From Octopus vulgaris (taxonomy: Eukaryota): a DNA stretch of 64,000 bases. The notes under the pieces are model-generated. The model saw only the letters and a program-made list of their open reading frames with translations. It was not told the DNA's origin and searched no databases. This document shows positions 1 to 15,928 of this stretch, piece after piece; positions within the stretch are counted from its first letter, which is position 1; every line of letters starts with the position of its first letter. The DNA is taken from positions 101,184,001-101,248,000 of the forward strand of contig OX597815.1 in NCBI GenBank assembly GCA_951406725.2, given 5' to 3'. The translations under genes and the position numbers were made by a program.

Positions 1-164
1 ATATTTTTTTGTAAAATGTTCGTTGTGTCTTGCAACTTTTTCAATAGTCATCGAACCGGTGTGTTAAATAATAAGGCCCTAAAAGAGAATGCATCTTCCC
101 AGACACAATAAAATATGCTTCAACACACGAATTTACATAAAGAATCTTGCAAGCCAAATACAAA

Positions 165-200
<36 letters not shown>

Positions 201-261
201 GCACACATATATACATACACACACACACACATATATATATATGTACTTATATATGTATATG

Positions 262-322
<61 letters not shown>

Positions 323-380
323 CGCGTGTGTGTCGATGGCGATTTTCTTTCTCCGTCTTCCCTTCTTTGGACTTTTTCTA

Positions 381-415
381 TATTTCTGATGAAGAGCTTC
401 GCTCGAAACGTGAAA
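381..415 (+). ncRNA. Degenerate minimal hammerhead motif; a same-family copy lies at 1474-1508 (-)
   Basis: ATTT-CTGATGA-A GAGC TTC GCTC-GAAACGTG-AAAT. The cleavage triplet does not fit NUH. Confidence 0.5.
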
Positions 416-527
416 TCCTCTTTCTTTTCTTTCCTTTCCTTTCCTTTCCAGAGCGTCCAATAAAACAGTACTTGTTCCACGTCCTCGCGTTGTTGTTTTT
501 TCTTGCTTGTTCATGTTTGGATTGACT

Positions 528-584
<57 letters not shown>

Positions 585-1045
585 GTTCGTTTCATCAATG
601 CGGCTGCAGTCTCGCTGGGACACCACTGTGGTTTTGCACCGTTAGTTATGATTATCCTTCGGCTGATTTCCTCAGGCTGGTGTGGGGGTGTTCACAGCAC
701 CACTCCTGTATGTGCTTTTGTTCCAGCGGTTGACTCATTTGGCGCATGCGGGTGTATGACTCCGCTGCTCTCGTCTGTACCTCATGCCGAGTCGTCGGTT
801 CATCCAGTAATGTAGAGACGACGATGCCGAGTTCCTTTTTGAAGACGTCTACATCCACGTTATGTAGGTTTCTTAATTTTTGTGGCAGATCATTGAAGAG
901 CTGTGGGCTTTTGAACCCTAGGCTATTGCAGTACCTCATCCTGAATTTAGATAGAGTGGATGGTACCTTTGGTACGTTACAATGACGTCCAGTTCTGGAA
1001 TTTGTATACCATTTAATGCCGAAATTAGGTACTAGCCTTCTAGAG
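585..1045 (-). mobile_element. 3' fragment of a CR1-like LINE
   Basis: VPNFGI..YTNSRTGRHC.VPKVP..YCNSLGFKSPQLFN.LP matches the C-terminus of the LINE at 42815-43156. Confidence 0.8.
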
Positions 1046-1319
1046 TTTTCCATATGTAAATTATTACATATAAGTCGCGCCTTTGCTCCAGGGAGTAAAT
1101 TCGTAGTTTTTTCAGCCTCTCCCTGTATCTCATCAGCTACACTAATATATATGCACACATACATATCAACCACATACACTTAACGTATATGCTTCCTTCT
1201 ATTTGGCTGTAGGCTGCGATTTGGTGTGAATATTCCCCACCTCGCCAAATTACAGTTTACCGGAAAATACACACGTTAAGTGTATGTGGTTGATAATGTT
1301 TATTTGAGTGAATCTCTCT

Positions 1320-1412
<93 letters not shown>

Positions 1413-1558
1413 CGAGGACGTGGAACAAGTACTGTGTTACTGGACGCTCAGAAAAGGAAAGAAAAGAAAGAGGATTTCGCGTTTCGAGTGGAACGCTTCA
1501 TCAGAAATATAGAAAAAGTCCAAAGAAGGGAAGACGGAGAAAGAAAATCGTCGACACA

Positions 1559-1603
<45 letters not shown>

Positions 1604-1606
<3 letters not shown>

Positions 1607-2638
1607 AACAATCTTACTTAGAAAGGGATGCGTGCGTTCTGTCATATAATAAATAAATAAATAAATAAAGTATATGCATATATACATACATATATGTACG
1701 TACCTACCTCTACATGTATATATACATGCATATATGGGTGCAGGACACCAAAACAACGTCGAACACAATGAGAAACGAAAACATAAACACAAAACCAAGG
1801 AAATGGACATTTTTTTAAAACAACGTAAAAATAGAGTACAGGACATACAAAACAAGGAAAATTCCCCTTCTTCAGTCGCCTTAATTTCATCTACTCCACG
1901 TTTCGAAGGTCAAGGCGATACATGTCTTCAATGAAATTTTCCTTCCCGCGGAAATCAAATTAAATAAAATTTAAGATTTTTTTGCGGAGGGGTAAAAATG
2001 GCAACAAAAACAGGATAGTAACGACAGTACAAAATAGAAACAGTAAAAGACAGGACACGGAGAATAACAGTAACACAAACAAGAAGGGCTGTTAAGCCAA
2101 ACGAGATAAAATTCTTTTACGAACGCTATTGTTTGAGACGTTAGAGAGAACATATTAACGTCTCTACTTGACGGAGTCCAAGAAGGAAAAGACAGAAATA
2201 GCCGTCTCATAACGTGACCGCGACGGGAGGGAGGAGGAAGGAGTAAGAGAAGGGGAGAGAAAAGAAGAGAGAAAAGAAGAAAGAAAAGAAGGGGAATGGT
2301 GGTAGAGAAAAAGAAAAGAATGAAGAATGAGAGAGAGAGGGAGAGAGAGAGAGACAGTAGGTGGAAGAAAAGGAAAGCCCAAATAATGAAGGCTGAGAAA
2401 GGGAGGGAGAGAAAGGTTAAGAGTGTGCATCAATTAATATTAAGAACAATCTTACTTAGAAAGGGATGCGTGCGTTCTGTCATATAATAAATTAATAAAT
2501 AAATAAAATATATGCATATATACATACATATATGTACGTACCTACCTCTACATGTATATATACATGCATATATGGGTACAGGACACCAAAAAAAGGTCGA
2601 ACACAATGAGAAACGAAAACATAAACACAAAACCAAGG
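1604..2638. mobile_element. Non-coding element with ~195-bp terminal direct repeats (pseudo-LTR-like, probably PLE-derived)
   Basis: 1604-1800 is repeated at 2443-2638 (period about 840 bp) and starts at a (TA)n tract. Confidence 0.55.
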
Positions 2639-2744
2639 GAGTGGCTGTGTGGTAAGTAGTGGGTTCAGTCCCACTACTACAGCCTCGGGTTGACCAATAC
2701 CTTGTGAGTGGATTTGGTAGACGGAAACTGAAAAGAAGCCCGTC

Positions 2745-2793
<49 letters not shown>

Positions 2794-3284
2794 CGCGTGT
2801 GTGTGTGTGTGTGTATGTTTGTGTGTCTGTTTGTACCCCCAACATCGTTTGACAACCGGTGCTCCTGCATGGCCACAGTCAAATGTCTGAAACAAGTAAA
2901 AGAGTAAAAGTGTATGTATATATATATATGTATGTATACACACATATATATATATGTATGTATAAATATATATATATGGATATATATAAACATATTGTTA
3001 TATTTCGGAATGGTCATTTTGCCAGTTTAGCCAATAAAAACACACGCACTATATATTTGGTGTTATTTTGCTTCAGTGTTATTTATTTTTTACATTAATC
3101 TTAATCTTATTTCGGCCAGTGTTCTTTCGTCACACTCCTGTGACCGCATCAGTGGTCCTTTGTTTTCTTCTTTCTTATTTGTGTCTCTCCTTACTAACCG
3201 TCAGCCATTTTGTATTTCTATTGTATGTCTTCATTTGCGCAAGCTTATATCTCTATGTGCGTCTATGTTTATATATATATAAAC

Positions 3285-3348
<64 letters not shown>

Positions 3349-3349
3349 C

Positions 3350-3381
<32 letters not shown>

Positions 3382-3385
<4 letters not shown>

Positions 3386-4407
3386 TAGTAATGGTATGGC
3401 AACAAAAGAATGAATGAGACCTGGATAGTATGGAAATAGAAGAATTCCATACTATTGGACCATTGTACTAACCTAGTGGCATTGATTTTTCCTAAAATTT
3501 CTTTACTAATAACACCAATTTCTGATTTAGCTGGTTTAATAAGCCTGCATTTAGGATTAGATAGAAAGTTCTTTTTATGGTCGTTAAAACCATTAGGAAT
3601 AAGAATAAAGCGAGATTTACGCAATTCGATATTGTCGATTTCTATGCCTCCGTCTCTAAGGAACTACTAGATAAAGCAGTCACCTTCGCAAGCGAATTTA
3701 TAGAAATTAGTACACAAGATAAGGACTTAATCTTCTATGATAGAAATACTTAACTCTTCAGTGAGAACACAGAGTCGGTCAAGACTACCGATACGGAGGG
3801 TGCTTTCGATGTGAGCGTGGGATCATATGACGGATCAGGCATATGCGATCTCATTGGACTATTCCTACTCGATACGTTGAAACCAGCTATTCATGCAGGG
3901 ATAAAAATTTGTGCCCGCTAAATGGAGCTTGCGTGTCCGAGACCATCATTTATGAAGCCACCGTATACTCTACAACCACTAAGGACATAGTTTTGTCAAA
4001 GAAATATGTGGGTCTCACCGAGGGGAATTTTAAAGCCAGGTTCAACAATCACACCTTGAGCTTCAGTCACTGGGATAAAAGAAAAACAACCAAATTATCC
4101 AGTCATATATGGTCCTTTAAAGAAAAAGGTGTCAATTACAGCATCCATTGCCAAGTGTAAGCCTCACACCAACGGCAGTGGAAAGTGCGGTCTTTGTGAT
4201 ATGCAAAGATGGCTCAACTGGAAAAGCAGCTTAGACCCCGCTACATGTTTAAATTCAAGAACTGAACTTTTTGGATCATGTCAACACATGGCTAAATATT
4301 TGTTACGTTTTTGCTCCCCCCAAGATCACAGATAGAACCTGCTTTTTATATTGTGTACAAGCATTTTATCTCTCCCTATATTTTAAAAATATTTTAAAAA
4401 TATTTTT

Positions 4408-4455
<48 letters not shown>

Positions 4456-5130
4456 TTTATTGCTTTATATATTTTACGCATTTTTCTGTATATCACCTTT
4501 CACCCTGCATTTTTCTTGTACATGTGCGTATATAGACGTGTATATGAACATTTTTGTGCGCGTATAAGTATATATACGTGTGTGTGTGCTTGTGTGCGTG
4601 TGTGCGTGTGTGCGGGTATGTATATGTGTACGTGTATGGTTGCATATATATGTGAATGTACATGCATGTGTTTCACGCGAGTGTGAGTGGGCTTATGTAT
4701 ATATAGCATGTGTGTATTTTAGACGTGTATATGAATATATTTGTGCGCGTATGGGTATGTGCACGTGGGTGTGTGCGCGCGCGTGTGCAGATATGTATAT
4801 GTGTACATGTGTATGGTTGCATATATATGTGCACATATAGGCGTGTGTGTGGGTGTGCATGTATGTGTTTCACGCGAGTGTGAGTGAGCATATGCATATA
4901 GGCACATGTAAGTGGGTGTGCATGTATATACATAAACATGTGCGCATACACGAATTCTATGAGCGTTTTTACTCATTTACGTTCTCCCCTTCGGGCTTTT
5001 TCCCTTTATTGAACGGTCATTTTCATAGCATTTTTTTAATTGTCTTAATAACTGACGAGATGCCGGAGCAGATTTCCGCCCTGGCATCCGAAACTCGAAG
5101 TTTTATTATGGCAACCGAATAGTTGTCACA
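3382..5130 (+). mobile_element. Penelope-like retroelement remnant: 5'-inverted RT piece, RT, GIY-YIG endonuclease, low-complexity 3' region, hammerhead
   Basis: Minus 3382-3622 encodes [15 protein letters not shown]. Plus from ~3623 encodes QFDIVDFY...FDVSVGSYDGSGICDLIG (PLE RT motifs). 3843-4335 encodes CSCR..CPLNGAC..IIYEATV..YVGLTEGNFKARFNNH (GIY-YIG). Frameshifted and internally deleted. Confidence 0.88.
5046..5108 (+). ncRNA. Type I hammerhead ribozyme at the 3' end of a PLE
   Basis: TAATAA-CTGACGA-GATGCC...GGCATC C-GAA-AC TCGAA GT-T-TTATTA, downstream of the GIY-YIG region at 3843-4335. Confidence 0.75.
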
Positions 5131-5162
5131 TATTATATTATATTATATTATATTATATTATA

Positions 5163-5208
<46 letters not shown>

Positions 5209-5754
5209 AGTACCAACGATTCAGCGCATAGACAGTTCAGCGCATCTAATATATGTAGTTTATTATCATATTATATTGGTGTTGATTGCATATCTAAAAC
5301 AAATGCATATGCAACCTACAAACATAGCAGTCATAGAATAGATTAACTATAAATAAACAAAAAGCATACATATACATGAAACAAACAGAAGCAAAGAAAC
5401 ATAGGCATATATACACACGCCCATACGAAATGATAACTACACCTTTACCTAATAATTTGCCCTGCGCTGAATTGTCGCGTCACGATATATATATATATAC
5501 ACATACATCATCTTCATAAATATACCGATAATTTATACACATGTATAGTCGTGGCTGCATGGTTCAAAAGCTTTCCAACCACATGGTTCCCTGCTTCAGT
5601 CCCACTGCGTGGTACCTTGGGCAAGTGTCGTCTAGTATAGCCTCAGGCCGACCAATGCCTTGTGAGTGGATTTGGTAGACGGAAACTGAAAAGAAGCCCG
5701 CTGCAGTTGAATGACTGAGAAGAATGAAAGAAGACATATATATATATATATATA

Positions 5755-5803
<49 letters not shown>

Positions 5804-5805
<2 letters not shown>

Positions 5806-7372
5806 TAGATAGGTTTCGACTAAAGATTGGTCCAGGCCATGTCTAACTTAATAGCACCACCTGATAGGATTATTGGAATCCTGTTTAAGTCAAGTTTTGT
5901 TCAAGTAGTGAGTTCTTGTTGGGTGAGTTGTATCAAGTTTTGTTCAAGTAGTGAGTTCTTGTTGGGCGAGTTGTATCCAATTATGGGTGGCTTATCTGGT
6001 ATTCTTTGAAGGAATCTATCCAGACTCCGTTTAAAGTTGATGGGATCCTTTTCCTCTTTGATCTCCCCCGGGACAATGTTAAATAGGGCAGGGCCTGTTG
6101 AGGAAAAGAAATTATGTTGCAGTGTACATGTATGTTGTGATCTTGAATTGGGCAGGGGACGTATGGCCCGTGGTCCCAGTCTTGGATGAACCTTGAAGCT
6201 AATGTTAAGGTCGTTTGGGCAAAGTTGGCGGTATATTCTCCACATCGTACAAATGATGTACCGCTCACGGCGACGCTGGAGGGAGTAAAGTTTCAAGGCT
6301 TTAAGGCGATCCCAATAATCGAGAGCAGCCATGCCTTCAATTCGTTTAGTGAGTGCCCTCTGGGGTGACTCAATCCTCGAGATGCTTTGTCTTGTATGGA
6401 GAGACCACAGTGGGCAGCAGTATTCAAGGTGTGGCCGTACAAAGGAGGAGAAAAGTGGTATGATGACACCTTGTTCTCTGGACCGGAAAGTTCTTAAGAT
6501 CCAGGAACTCATCCTACGAGTTATATCGACCTTCTTGTTGATGTGTGCACTCCAACTGAGATCGTCATCAACAATTACACCCAGGTTTCTGATATTGTTG
6601 GAGGCTGTGAGCGGTTCCCCTGAAGAAGAGAGTATGGTTGTTTTAGTGAGGAATTTCTTCCAAAATGAATCAGCTCAAATTTTTCCTCATTCAGTTGCAT
6701 TTTGTTTCTGTCTGCCCATTGACTCACAGCATATAGATCAGACTGGAGTTGAGTTCGGTCTGCTTCTTCATTGACGATTTGCTGGAGCTTAGTGTCATCA
6801 GCAAATATTTTCACTTTGCAGTAATGTACGACGCTGGAAAGGTCGTTTATGTAAATTATGAAGAGTAGCGGACCCAAAACAGTCCCCTGGGGAACACCGC
6901 TGGTGACTTTTGCTGGGCTTGAGTGGACTCCATCAACTACAACATGTGTTCTATTCGCCAGGAAATACTTAATCCAGTGTAGAACTTTTCCACGGATTCC
7001 AACATTTGCCAATTTTGAGAGTAGGATATTATGGTCTATCCTGTCGAACGCTTTACTGAAGTCAAGATATATGACGTCAGAGTTCGAACCTGTTCCCAAG
7101 GCTTTGAGAACATCTTCAATGTGGTGTAAGAGCTGTGTTAGACAGTCCCTGCCACAGCGAAAGCCATGCTGATTTGCATTTAGGAGTTTGTGGGTCTCCA
7201 GGAAGTCAGCTATCCCTGATCTTAACACTCTTTCAAACACTTTAATGATGTGGGAGGTGAGTGAGATTGGGCGATAGTTGAGTACGAGGTATCTATTTCC
7301 CTGTTTGAAAACCGGGATGACCGACTGGGATAGAAACTGTTTCGGTATATAACCTGCGTCTAACGAATTTAT
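5804..7372 (-). mobile_element. 5'-truncated CR1-like LINE (RT and C-terminal domain, frameshifted)
   Basis: YRPISLTS, NQHGFR, YLDFSKAFD, GVPQGTVLGPLLF and FADDTK in 6575-7370; VRPHLEYC and LYSLQRRRER in 5901-6512. Confidence 0.92.
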
Positions 7373-7612
7373 CCAGTGTGTATATATTCGTGTATGTGTG
7401 TCTGTTTGTCCCCACATGATCGCTTGATAACCGATGTTGGTGTGTTTACGTCCCCGTAACTTAGCGGTTCGGCAAAAGAGACCGATAGAATAATTACTAG
7501 ACTTACAAAGAATAAGTCCTGGGGTCGATTTGCTCGACTAAAGACGGTGCTCCAGCATGGGTGCAGTCATATGACTGAGAAGAATAAAAGAAGACATGAA
7601 TACATGCATACA

Positions 7613-7691
<79 letters not shown>

Positions 7692-7821
7692 ACACACACA
7701 TATATATATAGTATATATACCAGAGTAATCACATGAATGTGAAGCAAGGTGGAAAACACAGTACTCCAATACCAGAGGTAGAGTGATATGCTATATTAAA
7801 AAGGAGCAAAAATAATATAAG

Positions 7822-7863
7822 AACTGTTACTCAGAGTTTCACGTTCCCGTTCGTCGGACAGTT
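7822..7863 (-). ncRNA. Type I hammerhead ribozyme; mutated mirror copy at 7891-7932 (+)
   Basis: Minus strand reads AACTGT-CCGACGA-ACG GGAA CGT-GAA-AC TCTGA GT-A-ACAGTT. Confidence 0.75.
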
Positions 7864-8074
7864 TTTACATTTCCACAGTTTGTTTAGAAAAACTGTCCGA
7901 CGAACGGGAACGTAAAACTCTGAGTAACAATTTTTGTGATTGTTTTGCTGCTTTTTAATAAAGTATATATATATATAACGGGAAGCTTTATGAAAATAAA
8001 CAAAAGACGAAGGCAGGTGGAATACAAACAAACAATTGTATTAGTATGGCGCTCAGGAATATAAATAAAACAAG

Positions 8075-8112
8075 TCTTTTACGTTTCGAGCCTACGCTCT
8101 TCAACAGAAAGA
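8075..8112 (-). ncRNA. Minimal hammerhead-like motif with a variant core; a same-family copy lies at 40932-40967 (+)
   Basis: TCTTT-CTGTTGA-A GAGC GTAG GCTC-GAAAC GTA-AAAGA. Core A6 is substituted in both copies. Confidence 0.5.
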
Positions 8113-8192
8113 TACACAGAAAAGAAACACAGAAAGATACAAGGAGAGAAAAAAAATGCGTGCAGAGGCTAGCGAATCAACATGGCGATTAT

Positions 8193-8641
8193 GAATCTTT
8201 TCGGTTTGAACGGCAGTTTTTTCTAGCGGTGTCATATGAAATTGTCACCCATAATTACGACCCTAGAATCGATCTATTGCATTTCAATCTGTTTTAGGGT
8301 TAGGGTTAGTTAGGGTTAGTTAGGGTTAGGGCTAGTGTTAAGGTTAGGGGTGGGGGAAGGGTATTTTTTTTCTTCACAAATGTAAATAAGCCCAATCTGT
8401 TTCTTAAACGAGGGACATATTCATACGGCACAGAATGTTTTTTTTTATACCTCAATGGACGTCATTGATTGGTTGAAATTGCAGAAATTGAAGAAAAAAT
8501 AACAAATATCTTACAAACTATAGAATTTTCTCAATAAAGAGAAAAAGATGTTTTATATACACATACTACCAGTATACGAAGTTTAAAATTTTTTAGTCAC
8601 CTAGAAATTTTTTTAAAAACTGCCGTTCAAATTGAAAAGAT

Positions 8642-8643
<2 letters not shown>
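8193..8643. mobile_element. Non-autonomous DNA transposon/MITE carrying TTAGGG-like repeats
   Basis: ~30-bp TIRs G(A/G)ATCTTTTC..TTTGAACGGCAGTTTTT; internal TTAGGG/GTTA array at 8294-8350. Confidence 0.75.
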
Positions 8644-8713
<70 letters not shown>

Positions 8714-11022
8714 TTATATATATATAAGTATATGTGTGTGTGTGCGTGTGTGTGCGCGCGTGTGTGTCCAATAATTGAAACCAGCAAAGAAATAAAGAAT
8801 AAACGTCAGTTTGAAATTGTTCCCCCCATTAACACACTGTCTTTCTCTAAGTTCTTGTCAACTAAATAATCTTTTAAAATCGTTTGAACAGAATATTCCC
8901 TTAAGTGAATCAGTAATAAGTAAGCTACAAGATAAACTGTCAATACATCTCCCAAGTGTCAACAATTTCCGTTACATTGTTTCACGAAGTATTGCTACAA
9001 TTTACTATTTTTTTTTTGAGCGGGTTATAATGATGATCCATTGATCCAATTAAAACAGTGATACTAACATATAAGCAACTGAAATCAATATGTTTAGTAA
9101 GTTTGTTAAATAATTTTGTCTATGAGTTTTCCTCGCAAGCATTTTCCATCATCGTAAAAAAATTTAATGAAATGTATTGATCATAACATTTAAGCTGTTA
9201 TAATTGCCATCTATTCTTGAAATTACTCTCTAAGTTAAGGACCTATTGTCTGAATGGAAAGATGAAATTTGAAAGAAATAAGTTAAACAATTATCTCTGC
9301 TTATTGCTAAGTCATGTGATAAACAGTATCTATTACTTTTACTCATTAGGGTGTTTAAATGGTAAAGTCAGTCTCAACGCTAATTAACACGAAATTGTAC
9401 TAATAAGGAATAAGAAAAAATTAGATGCTTAGCTTAACATGTCGTCCGCTTTAACATGACCACTTAGCCTTTTGATACCTTTACTAAGGTCTACTCCGTT
9501 GCAAACCTTCTGACCACACGAACGGTTCTTTCCCTTATCAAATATCTTCAACCTGTGAATGTTGTTGAGATAAAGCATCAGCTGCATCAATTATTCCATC
9601 TTGAGAGAGTTTGTAAAGGTCATTTGTACCGTCCCTTGCTAATTTATAAACTAAAATATGCTGTTTAAAGAAGTGATGCAGCGAGTTTAAAAAGCCGTAA
9701 ACTCTCGTTAAGTTACTCCAATGGATCTCAACACGTAGACATGTAAACTATTAAAAAAAATGAATAATGTGATAAACTAATTCAAAATATTACCGGTCAT
9801 CACCCGTCAACGACTATGGTTTAGTTACATGTACCATATTGGTTTAGGCACTATGCAATTGCGACCCGACATAGAAATCCTCTCGGCTCCATGTCTCTTA
9901 ACCCAGCTATACGTCCAGATTGTGACAACTGGAATTAAAGAGAGCTGCACTATTTCTCGGCTCATACTCAACTACAGTTGAGTAGACTGGAGCAGCATGA
10001 AATGAAATTCCTTGTTCAAGGACACAACCTATTACCCGCTCCAGGAATTGAACCTACGACCTTATGATCACTCACTAATCGAACACTCAAATTATGAGAC
10101 CGCGTGCTTTTCTAAAGCAATTCAAAGAGAAATTTGAGAAATTTGAACAATTTTAGAGACGGAAGAGTTAATATTTAACAAGGTGTTGTCTTTTAGCTGA
10201 AAAAGCGATATGCATAGCTATGTCTGAGATGGAAAGGTGTAATGCCTAAACCCGATGTGGACCACAAGTATTAGAAGGGAAGAAAAAAGGGTCGTGTGGA
10301 TGTTAGTTTACTATTATTGTTGACTCTATTTACTGAAAGTGTAGATATCGTACTTAATAACGAGTAAGTCCACTCTCAACGGTTTTTTTTTTTTCTTACA
10401 CAAAAAAAGGAGCTCATATAAGATAATACAGTCTTTGATGTAGGAAAAAAAAAAGACGAAAAGTCATGGCCAGAACACTTTTGATCATAGATTGACTGGA
10501 TCAGAGCTGACCTGGGGCTAAACAACAACAACAACGACGGCGATGATGACAGCAAGAACGACTACTACTACGGCAACAAAATCAACAACAAAAACAACAG
10601 CAAAAAGTTTGAATGTTAATCTCACAAAGCATAAGATTAACCTTCATCTAATTCAGTGAGAAGATTGTCTAAGCGTTTGTTATTGTTTTTTCTTTCTCCA
10701 CTAGATTTAGTGTTGACGGTGCTGGAAGTAGCATTAATAGATAGATAGATTGATAGATAGATAGATTGGTTGATAGATAGACAGTTGTTGTTGGCCAGGT
10801 TCATTTGTGATCCTAAGGAGAAATACTGCTGTATAAGCAGACATGTGTGATTACAAGCTTTAATTGAGAAAAGGGATAAAAGAAGGCAGTTGTGAGAGAA
10901 GACATTGGAGTGTGGAGAAACAAGGCGGCAGTTACTATGAATCTTAATCTGGTAAGTAAAGGAGAGATAGTGATTTTATTTTAGAGAGTTAGAGATTGAG
11001 AGAGAGAGAAAGAGAGAAGGGT

Positions 11023-11062
<40 letters not shown>

Positions 11063-11296
11063 TGTATGTGTGGAGGGGAAAGAGAAAAGGAAAACTGAAA
11101 ATGCAGTGGGACAAAGTGTGAGATAGCAAGAGTGAGTGAAACGCATAAAACACACACGCATTTATTTACATGACCACACACACACACACACAGACACACA
11201 CACAGACACACACACAGACACACACACACACACACATACACACACATTTCTATCAATATTCACATATACATATAGAGAGAGACTGATAGGTAGATA

Positions 11297-11546
11297 TTGG
11301 GTTGGTGCAATATTATTGCCGTTTTTTCCAAGAAATTTTATTCATCAAAAACAATAACAACATGTAACAAAAACATCTTTAAATGATTATTCCGGAGCAT
11401 ATTAAAGATCTACTTCAATTACTGCTCCCCATCTGCTTGGCAGACGGTCAGACCGTCATTTAAAGATGTTTTTGCTAAATATTGTTATTATTTTTGTTGA
11501 ATAAAATTTGTTGAGAAAATGCCGCAATAATTATGCACCAACCCAA
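11297..11546. mobile_element. Mariner-derived MITE (Hsmar1/MADE1-like TIRs)
   Basis: TA|TTGGGTTGGTGCA ... TGCACCAACCCAA|TA; the internal halves are also inverted. Confidence 0.85.
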
Positions 11547-11571
11547 TATATCGATATACGTGCGTGCATGA

Positions 11572-11644
<73 letters not shown>

Positions 11645-11959
11645 CACATACATATACACATTATCTAATCTATCTATCTATCTACCTATCTATCTATCTC
11701 CCCCTTCATTGGTTATATATGCATGGATATATGCATACATATATTTGGTTAGTCCACATTCCGTAAGGCACCTAGGGCTGGTTTCCCGGGTTCTCTGGTA
11801 TATTCCACCCTGGACGGGACACCATCTGTCGCAGGATCACTCATTTATATCTGCTGAGTGAACAGAAGCAACGTGAACTAAAGTGTTTTGCTCAAGAACC
11901 CAACTCATCGCCTGGTGTAGGAATCGAAGCCACAATCTGTCTGTCTGCTTGTATGTATG

Positions 11960-13562
<1,603 letters not shown>

Positions 13563-13956
13563 CAAAATGGGACAAGAACGCAAAACATCCGGACAGCTAG
13601 GTGATACAAAAAGGAACAACAAAACATCCAGATAGACGATACAAAGAAAGCAAGGACGGATCATTCGAAGTTTTCTTTCCTCAGTCAAGCACCAGGTTAT
13701 CCTCGCAATTTCGGCTGATTATTCTTGAGATTTCTCCAATCTAGCCAGCCCCAACGAAAAAATAAGAACATTAGATTCCTTGGAAGAAAGCAGCGAATGT
13801 ATACAAAAACAAGGACGGAAAAAACGGACAATGTTACACAAATATAAATACAATCAAAATAATAATTGGACATAACAGCAGGTGTCTTTCGACTAAGGAC
13901 GAATTTAATTTAGCTGTATGTATGTATGTATGTATGTATGTATGTATGTATGTATG

Positions 13957-13987
<31 letters not shown>

Positions 13988-14629
13988 GTATGTACGTACG
14001 TACGTACGTACTTACTCTGACCTAGTAGCACCTGTAAGGGTGTTAGATATGGGTTAACTAGCATATGAGACACTGGGAGTGAAGGACCTCTAGATCTCGT
14101 TAGAACCTCCTTCGAGGTGAAGGTAAACTCGTATATATATATATAAAAAAACCTGAAGTGCAGTTGGTTTCTGGTCGTCTCAACTTTTGTTGTGGCACTG
14201 GTTTTATAGCTGATTGTGCCGAAAAGAAGTTTCACTTCCGTTGCAACACGTTATACATTCAAACTAAATTCATGTATAAAAACTTCTTGGCCTCTCGGAA
14301 CGTTTGTACAGATTTATTGAGTTTCGGTATATATATGAACAACTGAGTTTCGGTATATATATATATAGGAAAACATAATAAAGCAGAATGCTAAATTGAA
14401 AGTAAATTTTAATAAAAATGGGTGTATGAAAAATTAAAAAAGAAATCTAACCGGCGGTTAACACAACCCCATCATTTACTGACTTATATATATAAATAAC
14501 TGAAAATTACACCGAAGGATTACTCATTTTTTGGAGTTGAGAACATTATTATCAAAATTTATAAGAAAGGTGATAGTGTCTTTGAGTTTTCAACCAGCAA
14601 GTCTCCTTCACACAGCTTGAAGTTTAATG

Positions 14630-14778
<149 letters not shown>

Positions 14779-14880
14779 ATGGTGCAAACAAAAATGCTTT
14801 AAGCATACCTACCCACCGACTCACACACATGCATCTATACAAGCAAGCACCCACGCGCTCGCGCACGTGCACACACACAC

Positions 14881-14912
<32 letters not shown>

Positions 14913-14998
14913 GTAGGTCCCGGGTTGATCCGGGGTTAACCACAGTAAGTAAGGTACTCAATACATAGCAGAGTAAAGTTAATTTATTATATAGAAGG

Positions 14999-15049
14999 AG
15001 CTTCTACAGGACTAGTACTGTTTCATTCAAGAGAAATCTTCAGGAAGCT
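14999..15049 (-). ncRNA. Type I hammerhead ribozyme, left tip of the 4.4-kb palindrome
   Basis: Minus strand reads AGCTTC-CTGAAGA-TTTC TCTT GAAT-GAA-ACAG TACTAGTC CTGT-A-GAAGCT: 6-bp stem I, 4-bp stem III, GUA site. Confidence 0.82.
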
Positions 15050-15356
15050 ATTTAACAAGAATTGTATTAGCATTTATACATTTAAAGGAGTGGTGGTGGG
15101 GGACTTTTTTGGGGGTAGGCATAGCGCAAAATATCATACTTGGGGGAGTGGTCAAGGAGTCAGTGGTAAGTTAGATGAAAGAATAGATAAATAAAAAAAT
15201 AAAAAAGTAAAAAGTAAAAAAATAAAAAAATAAAAAAATAAAATGTGTGCACATACATACATATACACATATACATACACACACACATACGTACACATGT
15301 GTGCCTATACATACCTACACATACACACATACATACATATATATATATATATACAT

Positions 15357-15405
<49 letters not shown>

Positions 15406-15735
15406 TATATACACAATCCAATACAGGCCCATTCCCTAATTTTAATTTTATTATCTTCATTTATTACTTTTGTTATCTTTGATCGCTAGAGCAGGATCCT
15501 GGCGATGGCAGCATGTCCAATTGTCTGTCTACTAGAAGGCAAGTACTCGTTCCCGCACGCACACTCAATAGCACGTACATACACCCATTCGTACACTCAT
15601 ACACATACACGTACGCACCCGTTATATTCATACATACAAACATCTACATACGTTCACGTATATACACATACGTACTCGTACCTACAGATTCATGTCTACA
15701 CTTTAGGAGGCTAGTCTATATATATACACCAATAA

Positions 15736-15784
<49 letters not shown>

Positions 15785-15851
15785 TACACACACACACACA
15801 CATATATATACTCCTACATACAGATACATACCTATATATATATATATATAT

Positions 15852-15928
<77 letters not shown>

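Noticed and set aside
8294-8350. True telomere or chromosome-fusion scar
   Set aside because: Short, degenerate and enclosed within the TIRs of a MITE.
9551-9616. TCECC motif suggesting a second insulin A chain
   Set aside because: A stop codon follows immediately, and the remaining Cys codons fall in different frames.
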